DNA of 64,000 nucleotides. Origin: Lytechinus pictus (Eukaryota). Below the pieces are notes generated by a model. That model worked only from the letters and a program-made list of their open reading frames with translations, was not told where the DNA came from and made no database searches. Below, one piece after another: positions 51,201-59,779 of the stretch. Each line of letters opens with the position of its first letter. Position 1 is the stretch's first letter. The stretch is from assembly GCF_037042905.1 (NCBI RefSeq), contig NC_087245.1, forward strand, positions 1,302,001 to 1,366,000, given 5' to 3'. The translations under genes and the position numbers were made by a program.

Positions 51201-54200
51201 TCATGCAGCATCACTACCTTACCTACATCAGACAACAGAGGGCGTGGCAACCTTTAGACCTTCCTGTCATTTATAAGGAGAACACCTGTCCTTCCCAGCA
51301 TGCATCAAACCTAACACGGCAGGATGGGGCAGCATGCAGATACTGGAAAGTGGTTTCCTCTCTGCCACAAGGGTCATGTGTCAACAGGAGCCCATGTAGT
51401 TGGCTGAAGGCTAAATTGAGGCGTGGCCAGATTTCAAAGGAGCTTAGGAGAAGTAGACTCAGAGATAATGAGAATGTAAGTTTACTTCACTTGATTTGTT
51501 CATTGAGTAGATCATCCTTTCATTTAAAGATCTGTGTATCCTGGGTATTCTTATGTCACATTTATGATAGTCTCGTCCCTTCATTTATAGGAATTTGACC
51601 TGTAAAGCAGATATTGTATGAGAGCTCTATGGGATATATGTCTATTATTGGGTGTAAGTTTGTGGCAATGGCGTGTTAAGTGTTAAAAACTACACACAGT
51701 GGGCAATTCTTGCTTTTCTGTTCTATATCTTTCTGTCTTGTGACCAATGAAACTATTCTTGTTATCTTAGGTGGAGACTTTGAGTCTGTTCACACAGAGA
51801 TGTGGTTCCAATCCATTGGGTATCTGTACTAGAGCACTCATGGGACTTCCTGAAGGCAAGGATACCAGATACCAACTGATGGGATCCTCAGGGATCATCC
51901 TCGTTGTAGAGGGTGAATCACAGGTGAGATTAAAGTGAAAGAGGGTGATGATGGTGGTGGTGGGGATGAGGGTGGTACTGGTGGTTGGTTGTGGTGGTGG
52001 TGCTGTTGGAGATGGAGATGGTGAAGCTGCTGCTGCTGCTGATGATCATATTGATGATGGTGATGAATATGATTTTGAAGATTAATAAATAAAAATATTA
52101 ATGATAATCCAATTTTTTGAACCAAAACAAATTATGTAGCATTCTGACCACCAGTCTTTTAACTGGTCCTTCAATTTGATATTTTGTCATGCTTTTCACA
52201 CCTATCATATTTATGAATGCAAACTCTCAACCTTATACCCGTCTTCCAATTCTTTCCAGGCTTGTCTCAGAGATGCCCAACAGAGACTGAATGCTATCCT
52301 ATCTCACATACCTAAGAGCCCATCTCTCCCTGTGCTTGTGTGTGTAATAAGTGATGAAGATGTGACATCATTCCAAAGCAGTGTGTCAGAAAGTCTCAAG
52401 TTACCTCAGCTGACACATGAAGGAGTGCTTTCATCTTGGAGAATGATTAGTATACCATGGGATATTGTCAAACTAGAAGCTTCTCAGCAGGTTAGCGAGT
52501 CATTTGTATTGAGCTTAATCAGTTTGTAGAGCATTGATGTTGAGATGTGTCGACAGGGGTTTAAAATCTAATCTAATGTGCTTGTACTCTTTAGAGCACA
52601 AATGTTTTATAAATTTGCTATGCTTTATTGTAATCATTTCCTTTATAACATAGATGAAGATGTTCTGCTTTATGTAGATGATGCACATTGGCTCTGTAGA
52701 TTATCGCTTTTAGACTTACTCCGTATACGCTTTATTCAGAATAGCACAATATTGGATGGTATTATGGTTTTCTGAAGCATAACTGAACAAGGTTTAAGGA
52801 AAATGCTTCCCATTGTGCATCAGTAATATTACTGCATCATTGCAGTATTAATGCGTATGAACATGATATTTGCTGTGCAACCAGTAATTTCTTCTTATTG
52901 AACTTCATTCTATTTCCTTTTTTTTTATCAGCTGGAGGAAGGTATAGGATGGCTTGTCTCTCATCATCCTAAACCACCAGCTGTGGTGTGTGAGACGGTT
53001 AAGGAGTATCTAGATAATGGTCTATCACAGTTCTTTAGCATCAATGTCAATCAGCTCTCTAAGCAGAGGAAAGAAAGCGGACTGTTTCCATTGGTCAGTA
53101 CTGAATATATGCTCTTATTCTATTCCAAAATATTTTCATTATGGATCCCTTGCTTTTTATATGATATTCCTGTGGAAACCTAAGTGGTCTTTAGTCCACA
53201 TTTCTTTCAAACTGGTTTGATTATGTTTCCACAATGCTTAAAGAATCTTAAGTTGGCAAGCAGTCTTTTTTTGCATACTATGGTTCCTTTTCATAATAAT
53301 AACCAATGCACAATATCCATAACAAATATACTGTCAGCCCATCAGATTGAAGGATTTCATGACCTTTTAAACTGTTACTACAAATTTGTTATTATAATAA
53401 GTTTTATGAAGCGGGCCTTGGGATAATTATGTGGCATTATTATTCAGATGTTGAGTTTTCAAGGTAACTGTAAATTGGGAAGTCTTTCTCAGTCATCTCA
53501 GAGAGGAATAAGGATTACATCCCTATGAATAGTAAGATTATTTGATTGTGTAATGAAAGTATTTGATTGTATGTATGAATGATTTATTAGCAATTTTGAT
53601 ATTAAGCATGTACTATTACATAATTTTTCTTCTTTATTTCAGTCACCTCAGTCGATAGTAAGTCTGTATAACTGTGTTATCAGTCATCTATCGTCTGTAG
53701 CTGGGTCGTCATCTCTCTCTGATATCTCATGGCCTCCAACAGAGTTTACAGGTCCTCAACATCCAGGTACGTTGTATTCTCCAAGGCCCTGTCTTGCAAA
53801 GAGTTGCGATTGATCCGATCAACCTCAACTATATGGAAATCCATCAAATGTCATAATTTTTTCTTCAGAAGATTTGCACGAGTACTTTGTGAACAAAGAG
53901 GAAGCACATTGAAATCGTCAAGATAATGATGAATGTATGAGTATGCATCATCTCTAGAAAATATTTTGAACAAATTTGCAATTTAGATGTTGACGTTGCT
54001 GGCCGTCAATAGTTGTGATTGATCGGTTAAATTGCAACTCTTTGTAAGACGGGGCCCAGATCTGACAAGAGAAGATGGAATGTAGTGAATTTATTTATTT
54101 ATAATTATTCAATGGCTCCAAAATAAATGAATGTTAGTTATAACCTGCTAATGAATGTGATGCTGGCGAGGACAAATTTAAACCTTTTCATCTTGATATT

Positions 54201-57200
54201 CTTATGTATCTACAACTGTGAGTTGAAGAGGATGCAAATATGCAAGTTATTTTTTTCTAGATGACCTCAGTTAATTATTTTAACAGTAATTACTCCTAAT
54301 ATTCTGCATTTTTTTGTTTCTTTTAATTTTGTTTTTTCAGATCTTCCTTCCTCAGACTGGAATAGTCCTAGCACTCTTAGTCATCTTCATACAATCATTA
54401 ACAACCTCAAGCTACCTGATGTGCCTTCTCTAGAAAACAGTGGTAAGGATTCCTAAATCTGCACTTAACGTCAAAGAACCTCAACTAAATTCTTAATCCT
54501 CATAAGTATTCTGAATCAAAACTCTATCCAAACCCTAACATTGTCTTTTGAGAAATGGAGAAAGAAATTATTGTCACAGAAGTCCCAGTTACCAAGTGAG
54601 ATATATTTTATATTCCTTATTTATTATGGAAGACAAGTTATGAGCAATATAAAAATCTAGACTTATTGAAAGTTTGTCTTCCAAAACCTTCATACTGTAA
54701 GGCCTAATTGGAAATGATAATAATTGGGCTTCACAAAATAAAGGTTCTTGTTTCATCGATGGAAGATTTCTATTCAAGGTTTAGTTTTTGCAAGTAAAGG
54801 TTAAATCTGTTTTGATCAGCATTGTGGAAGCTTATGGCTCTGATGTCTGCAACAAATTGTTTATTTATTTTTATTTTATTGTTATTTTCATGGAATTTAT
54901 ACCACGTTGATTACCCATTTTTGTCTCGCCTGCATAGCAAGAGCGAGACAATAGGCGCCGCTTTTCCAACAGCAGCGGCGTCGTCAACATTGAAATCTTA
55001 ACCAAAGTTAATTTTTTGAAATGTCATATCTTGTAAAGTATATGTACCTTGTTCATGAAACTTGGACATAAGGATAATCAAGTATTACTAAATATCCTGC
55101 CTGAGTTTCAGGTCACATGACCAAGGTCAAAGGTCATTTAGGGTCAATGAACTTAGACTATGTTGGGGAATCAATATCAAAAAGTTTTTTACCAAGGTTA
55201 AGTTTTTGAATTGTTGTCATAACTTAGAAAGTATATGGACCTAGAAGAAATAACCAGTTGTCTCATGATGTTTCAAACGTAGTTGGAAAGCGACGTTTCG
55301 TCTGCAAGCTGCTAGACTTCTTTAGGCAATGAGCAGACGCTGCTGCGCACGGGTTATATAGCGTCGGTGAGGGGATGGCGTGCTTGGCTGCACGCTATTG
55401 TCTGGCTCCTCTCAGGCGTGAGCCGCGCTGTGATTGGCTGAAGCCGCCGGCCAATCTGTGCTCGCACCAGTGCTTGGCACGCTGTGATTGGCTGTGATTG
55501 TCTTTGCTCATTGCCTAACGAAGTCTAGCAGCTTGCAGATGAAACGTTGCTTTCTAACTACGTTTACATCTTGAGACAACTGGTTATTTCTTCTACTCAA
55601 TCCTTCACCACGATGAACCTCTTCCACATCATATATGGACCTGGTTCATGAAAGGGTAATAGTGTATCACTGAACATCCTACCCGAGTTCGGGGTCACGT
55701 GACCAAGGTCAAAGGTCACTTACGGTTAACGAACCTTTGACCATGCTGGGGGTATATGTGGAATTGTAATCATAACTTTAAAAATTTATGGATCTAGTTC
55801 ATGAAACTTAGACATGAGAGCAATTAAGTATCCCTGAATATCCTGTGCAAGTTTCAGATCACATGATCAAGGTCAAAGACCATTTTGGGTCAACGAACTT
55901 CGATAATATTCAGGGTATTTGTGGAATTGTAATCATAACTTTAAAAGTTTATGGATGTAGTTCATGAAACTTGGACATAAGAGTAAACATGTATCCCTGA
56001 ATATCCTGTGCACGTTTCAGGTCACATGAGTAAGATCAAAGGTCATTTAAGGTCAATAAACGTTGGCCGTATTGGGGGTATTTGTCGAATTAGCATCATA
56101 ACTTAGAAAGTTTATGGATCGAAACATGTAGTTCATGAAACATAGACATAAGGGTAATCAAGTATGTTTTTACACGTCTTAGGTCACATGATCATGGTCA
56201 AAGGTCATGTTGGGTCAATGGACATAGTATTTGATTATCATATGAGTATTTTCTTTTGTGAATGATTATTCAGTAGCTGTTTTCAAAGTCAGCACTGCTG
56301 CTATATCGAATCGCGTAATGCAGGCAAGCCTGCTAGAGGCGTTCCACTTGTTATTAAAATAAATCAATGAATATTATGATTCATCCAGTAAACTTGAATT
56401 GTGAGTCTCAACTTTACAGTTTTCACAAATTTCCAGTAAAAGATTTATAATGTTTAACATTCTTATTAGAAGATCAGAATCAGGTAATATTCATAGCATC
56501 CCTATTGTGTCATATTACTCAACCAAACAAACTTGTTTATATTCTACTTTAGAAGTACAATACTTGTTTCTCCTTTATTTGAAAAATAAGCATATTTATC
56601 TCTACTTTGGAAAATTGATAAGCATATTATATTTTTGCATACTAGTATTCCATTTTGTATAGATGTTGTCAGAATTGCTACTCTACTTTTTTTTCTTTCC
56701 TTTTCCCTTTAGATTGGTTATCAGTTTCTGAAGCATGTATCAAATATGTGAATGACCTTCCAGGCAGAAACAGTGATAAGGCACCACTCTTATCCAGGTA
56801 ACCTCTTCTTTATTTTGTCTCAATTTCTTAAATTTTATGACCCATAGTTTTCCATTTGCATATAACCTCTCTATCATTCTATTCAGATTATATATCCTCT
56901 CCTCGTATAGTGATTAAAGAAGTTTCATTTGTTTTAATACAGGGTGAGATGGTTGTTGGACAAGAGTAGACGAACCTTTGAAGATACATGCTTTATGACC
57001 TTTGACACGGAAGGATGTGAACCGTCTTCCCAGCATGCACCATGGGTAGACATCTTAGAGGAATGTGTTACATACATGATGACAACCCTGTCCAGTGGAA
57101 TGGAAGGTAAGAATGGTTTAGCTTCCTTTGAAAACTATGGAATGCAGCATAATTTTATTACATTGTGAACAATGATACTTTAATATCCACCACGTGTATG

Positions 57201-58057
57201 TTACAAGCACTTTGATAATAGTATTTATGAGGCGCCGATTATCTGGTTGCCTTTTGAATTGCACACTTTATATCACCCCAGCTGTAGCTCCAGCTGCTAA
57301 AGGGGCTTGGTGCATTCAAGGAATCGATCCTACCAGGTACCCATTCACCTCTCTTGTGTCAAGTGTAACACAATGTGAATCAATTTCTTGTTGAAGTAGA
57401 TTACGCCATGACTTGGATTCGAACCCATGATCCGCTGTTTCAAAGTTTGGAGAATCCGCTGGGCCATAATGCTTCACATGTAATTTGTTTTAAATGTTTG
57501 GTATCTAGCTTGTATTTGGACACCGTGATTAAAACTTGCATATTTCTTTTTTCACCTTGAATGTACAAGGTTATTGTTTTTTTGTTTTTTTTTCCTTTAT
57601 TTTGATGATCGTACTGCTCCCCAATATTAATTGTACATAGGGATATCCCTTTAGTTATTGCATGTATGACTTTATACTATCCAGAAGTATTTTCTGTCCT
57701 AATACACATCTGGGTTTGTAAATCCTTGATTTCAACTGATCAAATGTCCTGTATTTATCAGCACACTCTCTTGCTCCACTTACCTATCTTATTTATTTGG
57801 TCTTTTCGTTTTCCATTTTAAACTTCAACTTCATTTCAATGTTTCTCATATTCTTTTTTTTTTTGGGTCTTTCCTCTTATAAGAGAACCAATCTTCAGGC
57901 AATCAACTAGTGTATTTCCACCAGTCTGAACTGGGTCAGTTTGAATTTCCAATCAAGTGGAAACAAGAAATGAATGAGACGTTAGAAGAATCAGTGGTGC
58001 AACATGAAAGGTGAGTTATCTTGAAAACTATGATGCTGATGGTGCTGCTGATAGTGG

Positions 58058-58088
<31 letters not shown>

Positions 58089-59779
58089 GATGATGACGAC
58101 GACTGAGGATGATAATATATTTACTGTGATGATATTTTGCTTTCTAATTTCAGTATCATTTATAACCAACAAATGAATTTCTCATATAATTCCAGCATGT
58201 TTGAGTCCATCGTTGAGGCAGTATCAACACGTCGATCAAGCTTGGCAGAGGAGGAGTTGAATAAGAAAGAAGAGAGAAGAAAGAGAAGAGAGGAAAAAGA
58301 AAGTCATAAGGATCCTAGCTTCCTTCTTCCAGAAGATGTTACTATGACGATAAGTCGTACCTCAAGGGGACTCCTAAGGAGGATGCTGGATAAGGAACGA
58401 GAAGAGAGCAACAGGTATTTTCTACTTCATTCAATTGAATTTAAATTAAAATTTTATTGTTCAACAGATGTTCAGATTAAAGGTAAAAGAAAGTAGTTGC
58501 AGCAAACAATTAATTCATGAGAAAGTCTTTAAAAGCAAGGTTAAAAGCCACAATATTTTCATAGATCTTGTTCTGTACATTGAAATAAACTTTTTTGAAA
58601 TCATGAAATCTTAGCTTAAAACCGATAATTCTGATAATCACTAACACAGAAAGGCATATGTGGGACAGTGCATTAATATTGTTTAGAAAAATACCAAATA
58701 TTTTTTGGAATTCCCTGCATATTTTGCTAATTTCTCAGCATTTACACTTTTTTCCCTGAGCCATTTGGCATGTATTTTTTTATGAATACAAACACTTGGG
58801 TGGTCATTTGATTGGATTCTGTTCGAACTCATTTTTAGATCGTTACCACAACTGTTATATATCTTTAATACCTGTCTTAATTATCAAATCAGATTGAAAG
58901 AGGGATACTTTCCAGTACATTCCTATATCTAATGAGTCAATTTGGTAAAATAGGAGGAGTAAATCCGTTGAAAAATCCTTTTTCTTTTTTATTTTGTTAT
59001 AGGTTTGAAGCCATGCTGACAAGCTTTCTAGAAGAGCCTGATGAAGGCCTCCAGCAGAGGTTACATGTACAGATTAACAAAGAAGAGCCAGAATTTAGAC
59101 TTCAGCTTCCTCCCTTTCCAAAGGTGAGCAGTTAATTTTATTTATCTATTATCTATTTATGTTCTTGTCATTGTACTAGAATCTTTCTTTGACGTAAATT
59201 GTCTTTTAAAATCAATAAAACTGTCATGGTTAATGATAGTAAGAGTATGGGAATCAAGAGCAGTAGTCGGTAAGTATTTATCAGAACAACACTTTAGACA
59301 TCAACATTAATTCTTTGCATTGATCAGATGTATTATTTGGCTGCATATCATTGAAACAAATTCTTTCTATCCACCCATCTCTCCCTACTTTCTCATTTCT
59401 CTATCCCCCTTTCATTCTCTCTCCATCTTCAAACTCTTTCAGTCTTCATATTCCTTCCCATCTTCTTCATGTCCTTCCTTTGCTCTTTCTCTTTTAACTT
59501 TCTCTCCCCCCCCAAAAAAAAAAAATTGTGCTCTATTTTGTTCTATTCTGCCTTTGCCACCTCTAACTGTTTTGTCTATCTCATCATCTTCTTCTCAAGG
59601 CATCTCTCTCAAAGTCTGTAGAGGATCACCATCCCATGAACGATACACCTATTATCACCTTGGAAGAATCAGACGACTCCCTCTCTGATCAAATCAACAG
59701 CCTGAAAGAGAGACTAGCATCTGAGAAACAAGAAGCCTTGATGGCTGAAATGAGACTAAATGCTCTACTTGGACTATAG
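17407..59779 (+). CDS. MCM3AP: Germinal-center associated nuclear protein (GANP / Sac3 family), 30 coding exons, about 1803-1817 aa
   Basis: GT-AG exons with matching phases: 17381(ATG 17407)-18238, 19473-19675, 20493-20601, 20895-20990, 22097-22174, 23355-23491, 24607-24681, 25245-25453, 25931-26137, 44101-44214, 44466-44628, 45133-45282, 45826-45934, 47524-47705, 48108-48325, 48856-48993, 49574-49777, 50367-50576, 51166-51475, 51771-51923, 52260-52490, 52932-53093, 53643-53766, 54341-54442, 56713-56797, 56943-57106, 57884-58010, 58154/58196-58414, 59003-59123, 59600-59779 (TAG). The protein has an N-terminal FG-rich region, an RRM, Sac3/GANP motifs ([90 protein letters not shown]) and a helical CID-like region. 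The start codon is the least certain part. Confidence 0.95.
18306..18440 (+). mobile_element. tRNA-derived SINE, 5' part
   Basis: A box TGGTCTAATGG and B box GGTTCAATTCC followed by a SINE-core-like gtccttcagcaagaaatttac; no intact acceptor stem. Confidence 0.75.
18465..18705 (+). mobile_element. HINE 3' fragment
   Basis: Closely matches about 56090-56325 (cagcactgctgctatatcgaat(t/c)gcgtaatgcaggc). Confidence 0.8.
19918..20452 (+). mobile_element. HINE of a second family
   Basis: subTIR tgtctcacccac with fold-back gtgaaggcgagac, (GTCC/GTCT)n microsatellite, two ~160-bp repeats, subTIR gtggggagaca, stem-loop caaaa-tcgc-ttttg, end cttgtt. Confidence 0.8.
22520..22699. mobile_element. MITE of the same family as 13188
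   Basis: tttcataaagctgttcgtaa...ttacaaacagctttatgaaa TIRs. Confidence 0.8.
23355..26137 (+). CDS. MCM3AP: GANP Sac3 domain, 5' part (exons 23355-23491, 24607-24681, 25245-25453, 25931-26137)
   Basis: Conserved Sac3/GANP motifs; the frame continues after the 18-kb intron at 44101 ([17 protein letters not shown], phase 2 on both sides). Confidence 0.95.
24145..24369 (+). mobile_element. hAT-type MITE with 8-bp TSD
   Basis: tctggcat-[cagtggcgtaccta...taggtacgctagtg]-tctggcat. Confidence 0.85.
26385..27150 (+). repeat. Helentron subterminal tandem array (163-192-bp units)
   Basis: ggtcacatgaccaaggtcaaaggtca recurs with spacings of about 192, 164 and 163 bp; the same array is present in the 46054 and 54921 copies. 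Confidence 0.85.
27974..28349. mobile_element. MITE nested in the Helentron
   Basis: Imperfect TIRs gtcaaatatattgctgtacacatgcgtgaccaa / ttggccacgtgtgtgtacagcaatacatttgac with G-run and C-run termini. Confidence 0.65.
28703..30245. repeat. About 680-bp tandem repeat, about 2.3 copies, downstream of the Helentron stop codon
   Basis: tgtagtatttt(g/c)agtcag...tgacgcttatcaatcat starts at 28703, 29382 and 30066 with high identity throughout. Confidence 0.9.
30392..38140 (-). CDS. Helentron transposase polyprotein (ZnF - Ulp1-like protease - 34-aa repeats - HUH Rep - Pif1 helicase - AP endonuclease), 2582 aa
   Basis: Uninterrupted ORF. Rep motifs [24 protein letters not shown] (HUH 34076-34084), YVVNYVSK. 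Helicase motifs GGAGVGKT (32420-32443), [41 protein letters not shown] endonuclease motifs HNCQSL, ET, GDFN, TIDLVF, SYH. Protease motifs NHW, YDS, QQxxxxCG. Confidence 0.96.
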   Translation of the reverse strand: MSYFVYMFTLTLFAFCYISFNNVTCIISSLTQRFHEDHFLVGNRGSHIYNGNIFTCNECTQTYKYLKAFRSHTCTLCKQCGQDFSTKQKMKLHKCCLCQQCGNVFPSKQKISLHKCIKQVPSNDQDLCDELRSCKCTNCCKSFSTQKRLLQHKCSYCHACNLRFSTYQKFKSHKCTTTVNKNDKTPSHSILSSAHGQSNIGSVNTQQRKEELTAISNNNTHKKHLSLSNLNKESMSSVDEYAAYIPDDVIQQAVSIMKNHSPQLDQYIGQVTPAAMKVLLSKGVSIDIPRDKHCINFHHVDNHWVTSSYDPSTNRVSVYDSLSSQDRIKHLMPQINLLYGTAVHIEYIPITQQTEPACGAFAIAAAFSCLFNVPPQTQRFDNSQIRQHLKLCLQQGKVIPFPTERLDTLSSYFVSQANFQELSRSIGQNVANTHLSQNLRKTYMMEYKRKQRQNSSYTKLERTLRKEKRRDPQYKESEQSANRKRRRDLSFKEFEKNLKKSRRQDPEYKENEKRNNRKRRRDQSFQEFESNLNKRRRQDPEYKENEQRKNKRRRKDLTFQEFESNLKKRRRQDPEYKENEQRKNKRRRKAPSFQEFESNLNKRRRQDPEYRENEQRENKRRRKDLSFQEFESNLNKRRRQDPEYKENEQRKNKRRRKDLSFQEFESNLKKRRRQDPEYKENEQRKNKRRRKDPSFQEFESNLKKSRRQDPEYKDNEQRKNKTRRRDPSFQEFESNLNKRRRQDPEYKENEQRENKRRRKDLSFQEFESNLKKRRRQDPEYKEIEKRNNRKRRRAPSFQEFERNINKQRRSNPAYREKESKDDALRKQSNRFPSNTIDELVEHFKEAVSVACEYICTCCKQLWFKQSVNDVFVVRNTDKSLHSKCITGTLSVEGKEWICHTCQSWMLKNKLPPLSSANRTGFPHCPTELQLNPLEERLVSPVNTFFQLRELPSGGQVGIRGNVVNVPANNISIVNSLPRSINDSHTIPVKLKKRLRYKSHYMFENIRPQKCFEATKYLVKQPLFKQYVTDGLDEFWPTHVAEMHKTQWKEFLEESTCEDNIVPTAVNVSASQTEEKEKDSDSDWSEIDEKEPVGSLDTMLYPQNVDDQQNILSFAPSEGNIPISSLQADIEELSFPTIFCGERRPSNKDREIPLKYSDICKLELRHSDRRAAKSVTNIFFKCKKLQMKQIKDKIWLSLRRVKTSGKSYTAGDVKQQDVVDSMVKLDEGYRIFRTLRGSPPYWETAKKDLFAMIRQLGLPTWFISLSSAESHWTDLLISLGKLVDNKQYSAEDVSSFTWETKNRLIRSDPVTVTRYFDHRVKKFYQNFLQGSCEPLGKISEHFYRIEFQHRGSAHLHSLLWVNGAPKFEIDSNSDIENYIDNIIETDGQSLGVNENLKKLQCHRHTHTCRKKGKVCRFNFPLPPMESTKILQPLPVEMEDKEKQLHKQKWKEIQIELNKPEIQQLTLQLFLDHFGISPDDYELAIRSSISASKVFLKREPCNVRVNAYNPAVLQAWQANTDIQFITNAYACAMYVVNYVSKGQRGMSELLRRTCDEARKGSTDIKDQVRLIGNKFLKHVEISAPEAIYLSLQMPLKHSSCGHAFVNTSPPDQRPFILKPSEQLDALPADCEDIQCSNNIKRYSERPRKARDMCLADFIAWYDMKKVQFKKKRKVHELELPETDSDDNKEDEPDDSDLYQNKQTCLGELKISNTVIMKRRKKQKVIRYVRYDKEKDPENYYRENLMLFYPYISESEIIGNCQTYEERYQMVKQVIEEKQKEYNQYAEELDMAEQKLLNDSNEENLHNVAPCNEHINEINANKFGKDRNAIEGEDLFTSYDIASELGIQSTGTDMQEERIRNRLSDSKFREIVSSLNQKQSEFFNHVLNKVKTSDEQLLLFLSGGAGVGKTRVIKSLYQALVRHYNTESGSNPDVIKVLLTAPTGKAAYLIRGQTLHSAFCIPANQGFSYKPLSHDKRNTLRTQLGELKLVFIDEISMVGTKMFCFINQRLQEVMNVSKPFGGVSIIAIGDLFQLQPVMDTWIFKNPTTTSSTEVLAPNVWTNNFELFELTDIMRQKEDVAYAALLNRMREGKQTKEDIKLLKGRIISKEDENYPVDVTHLLYHNEAVDAHNKQLHSSVANQAVLASHDIVIGDITDEVKQKVLSCAKAKEMGLSKTCNLALELKAELTVNIDTADGLVNGAACVSKYFQYDKSGNVEIVWVLFETEETGLKLRHEYPKHTNNAIHQSWTPIKPIAREFAIGRYKAVKVSRKQFPLQLACAKTIHRAQGSTLDRAVVQLPDRKAVHLHYVAFSRVPSLQNLHIIGPLNLAHIKVSDDVMTEMERLRQSKSMTLCYKPLYDYPKDCVKIAFHNCQSLHLHMKDIQKNFNLQVSDINLFVETKLCSMDKAYEYEMDNFKMSRNDFSSQRTHYGSAVYHRKGLQCTVVPCNFQSIEMTVVQLPSHSPKLQVVSMYCRPKENWRKIHRALQHLGNYINPNEPLVIMGDFNINMLTSTPNKQKLVNAMTQLFKCTQLICEFTTNGCTTIDLVFTNIEENKLSSGTLESHYSYHKMVYVAIPSSCVQLSSNT
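35690..36745 (-). repeat. In-frame 102-bp (34-aa) coding tandem repeat, about 10.5 units
   Basis: The motif tccggatcttg recurs every 102 bp (35805, 35907, 36009 ... 36621); unit [32 protein letters not shown](N/K)K. Confidence 0.95.
41090..41180. repeat. 21-bp minisatellite, 4 copies
   Basis: (t/c)gaagataatctattgaagaa repeated. Confidence 0.9.
42060..42720 (+). repeat. About 140-bp tandem array near the Helentron right end
   Basis: About 4 units containing ccaaaatacaggct...agagtccgcaggtcaaaggtcacagctc. Confidence 0.85.
42741..43714. mobile_element. Tc1/mariner-type non-autonomous element nested in the Helentron
   Basis: TA-cagtgcgtatcaaaaaaaagtttacactt ... aagtgtaaactttttttgatacgcactg-TA; TIR of about 29 bp and TA TSD. 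Confidence 0.88.
46054..47003 (+). mobile_element. Non-autonomous Helentron derivative (HINE / DINE-1-like), complete
   Basis: subTIR tgtctcacctgcat with hairpin, GGC microsatellite, 4-5 central repeats, subTIR atgcaggtgagac and end gccagaggcattccacttgtt; T-rich site. Confidence 0.92.
53785..54056. mobile_element. Harbinger-like MITE
   Basis: ggccctgtcttgcaaagagttgcgat / attgcaactctttgtaagacggggcc TIRs. Confidence 0.8.
54921..56352 (+). mobile_element. HINE of the same family, older, with a nested insertion
   Basis: Start tgtctcgcctgcatagcaagagcgagac, central repeats, degenerate end atgcaggcaagcctgctagaggcgttccacttgtt. Confidence 0.88.
55243..55631. mobile_element. Penelope-like element remnant (inverted pLTR pair)
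   Basis: About 95-bp inverted arms (55242-55338 and 55500-55595), duplication tatatggacct at 55232 and 55632, CCAAT boxes and TATA inside, hammerhead-like cores in both arms. Confidence 0.65.
57225..57472 (-). mobile_element. tRNA-derived SINE
   Basis: Minus-strand A box TGGCCCAGCGG and B box GGTTCGAATCC; core similar to the SINE at 18306. Confidence 0.7.
58035..58112. repeat. (GAT)n-rich microsatellite, intronic
   Basis: Direct reading of the sequence. Confidence 0.85.
58481..58864. mobile_element. Degenerate TTAA-flanked MITE
   Basis: ttaa-aggta...tagttgcagcaaac versus gttaccacaactg...tatct-ttaa; weak TIR. Confidence 0.45.

Noticed and set aside
51895..52125. His/Gln/Pro-rich minus-strand ORF
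   Set aside because: Translation of an intronic GGT/GAT/GCT simple repeat.
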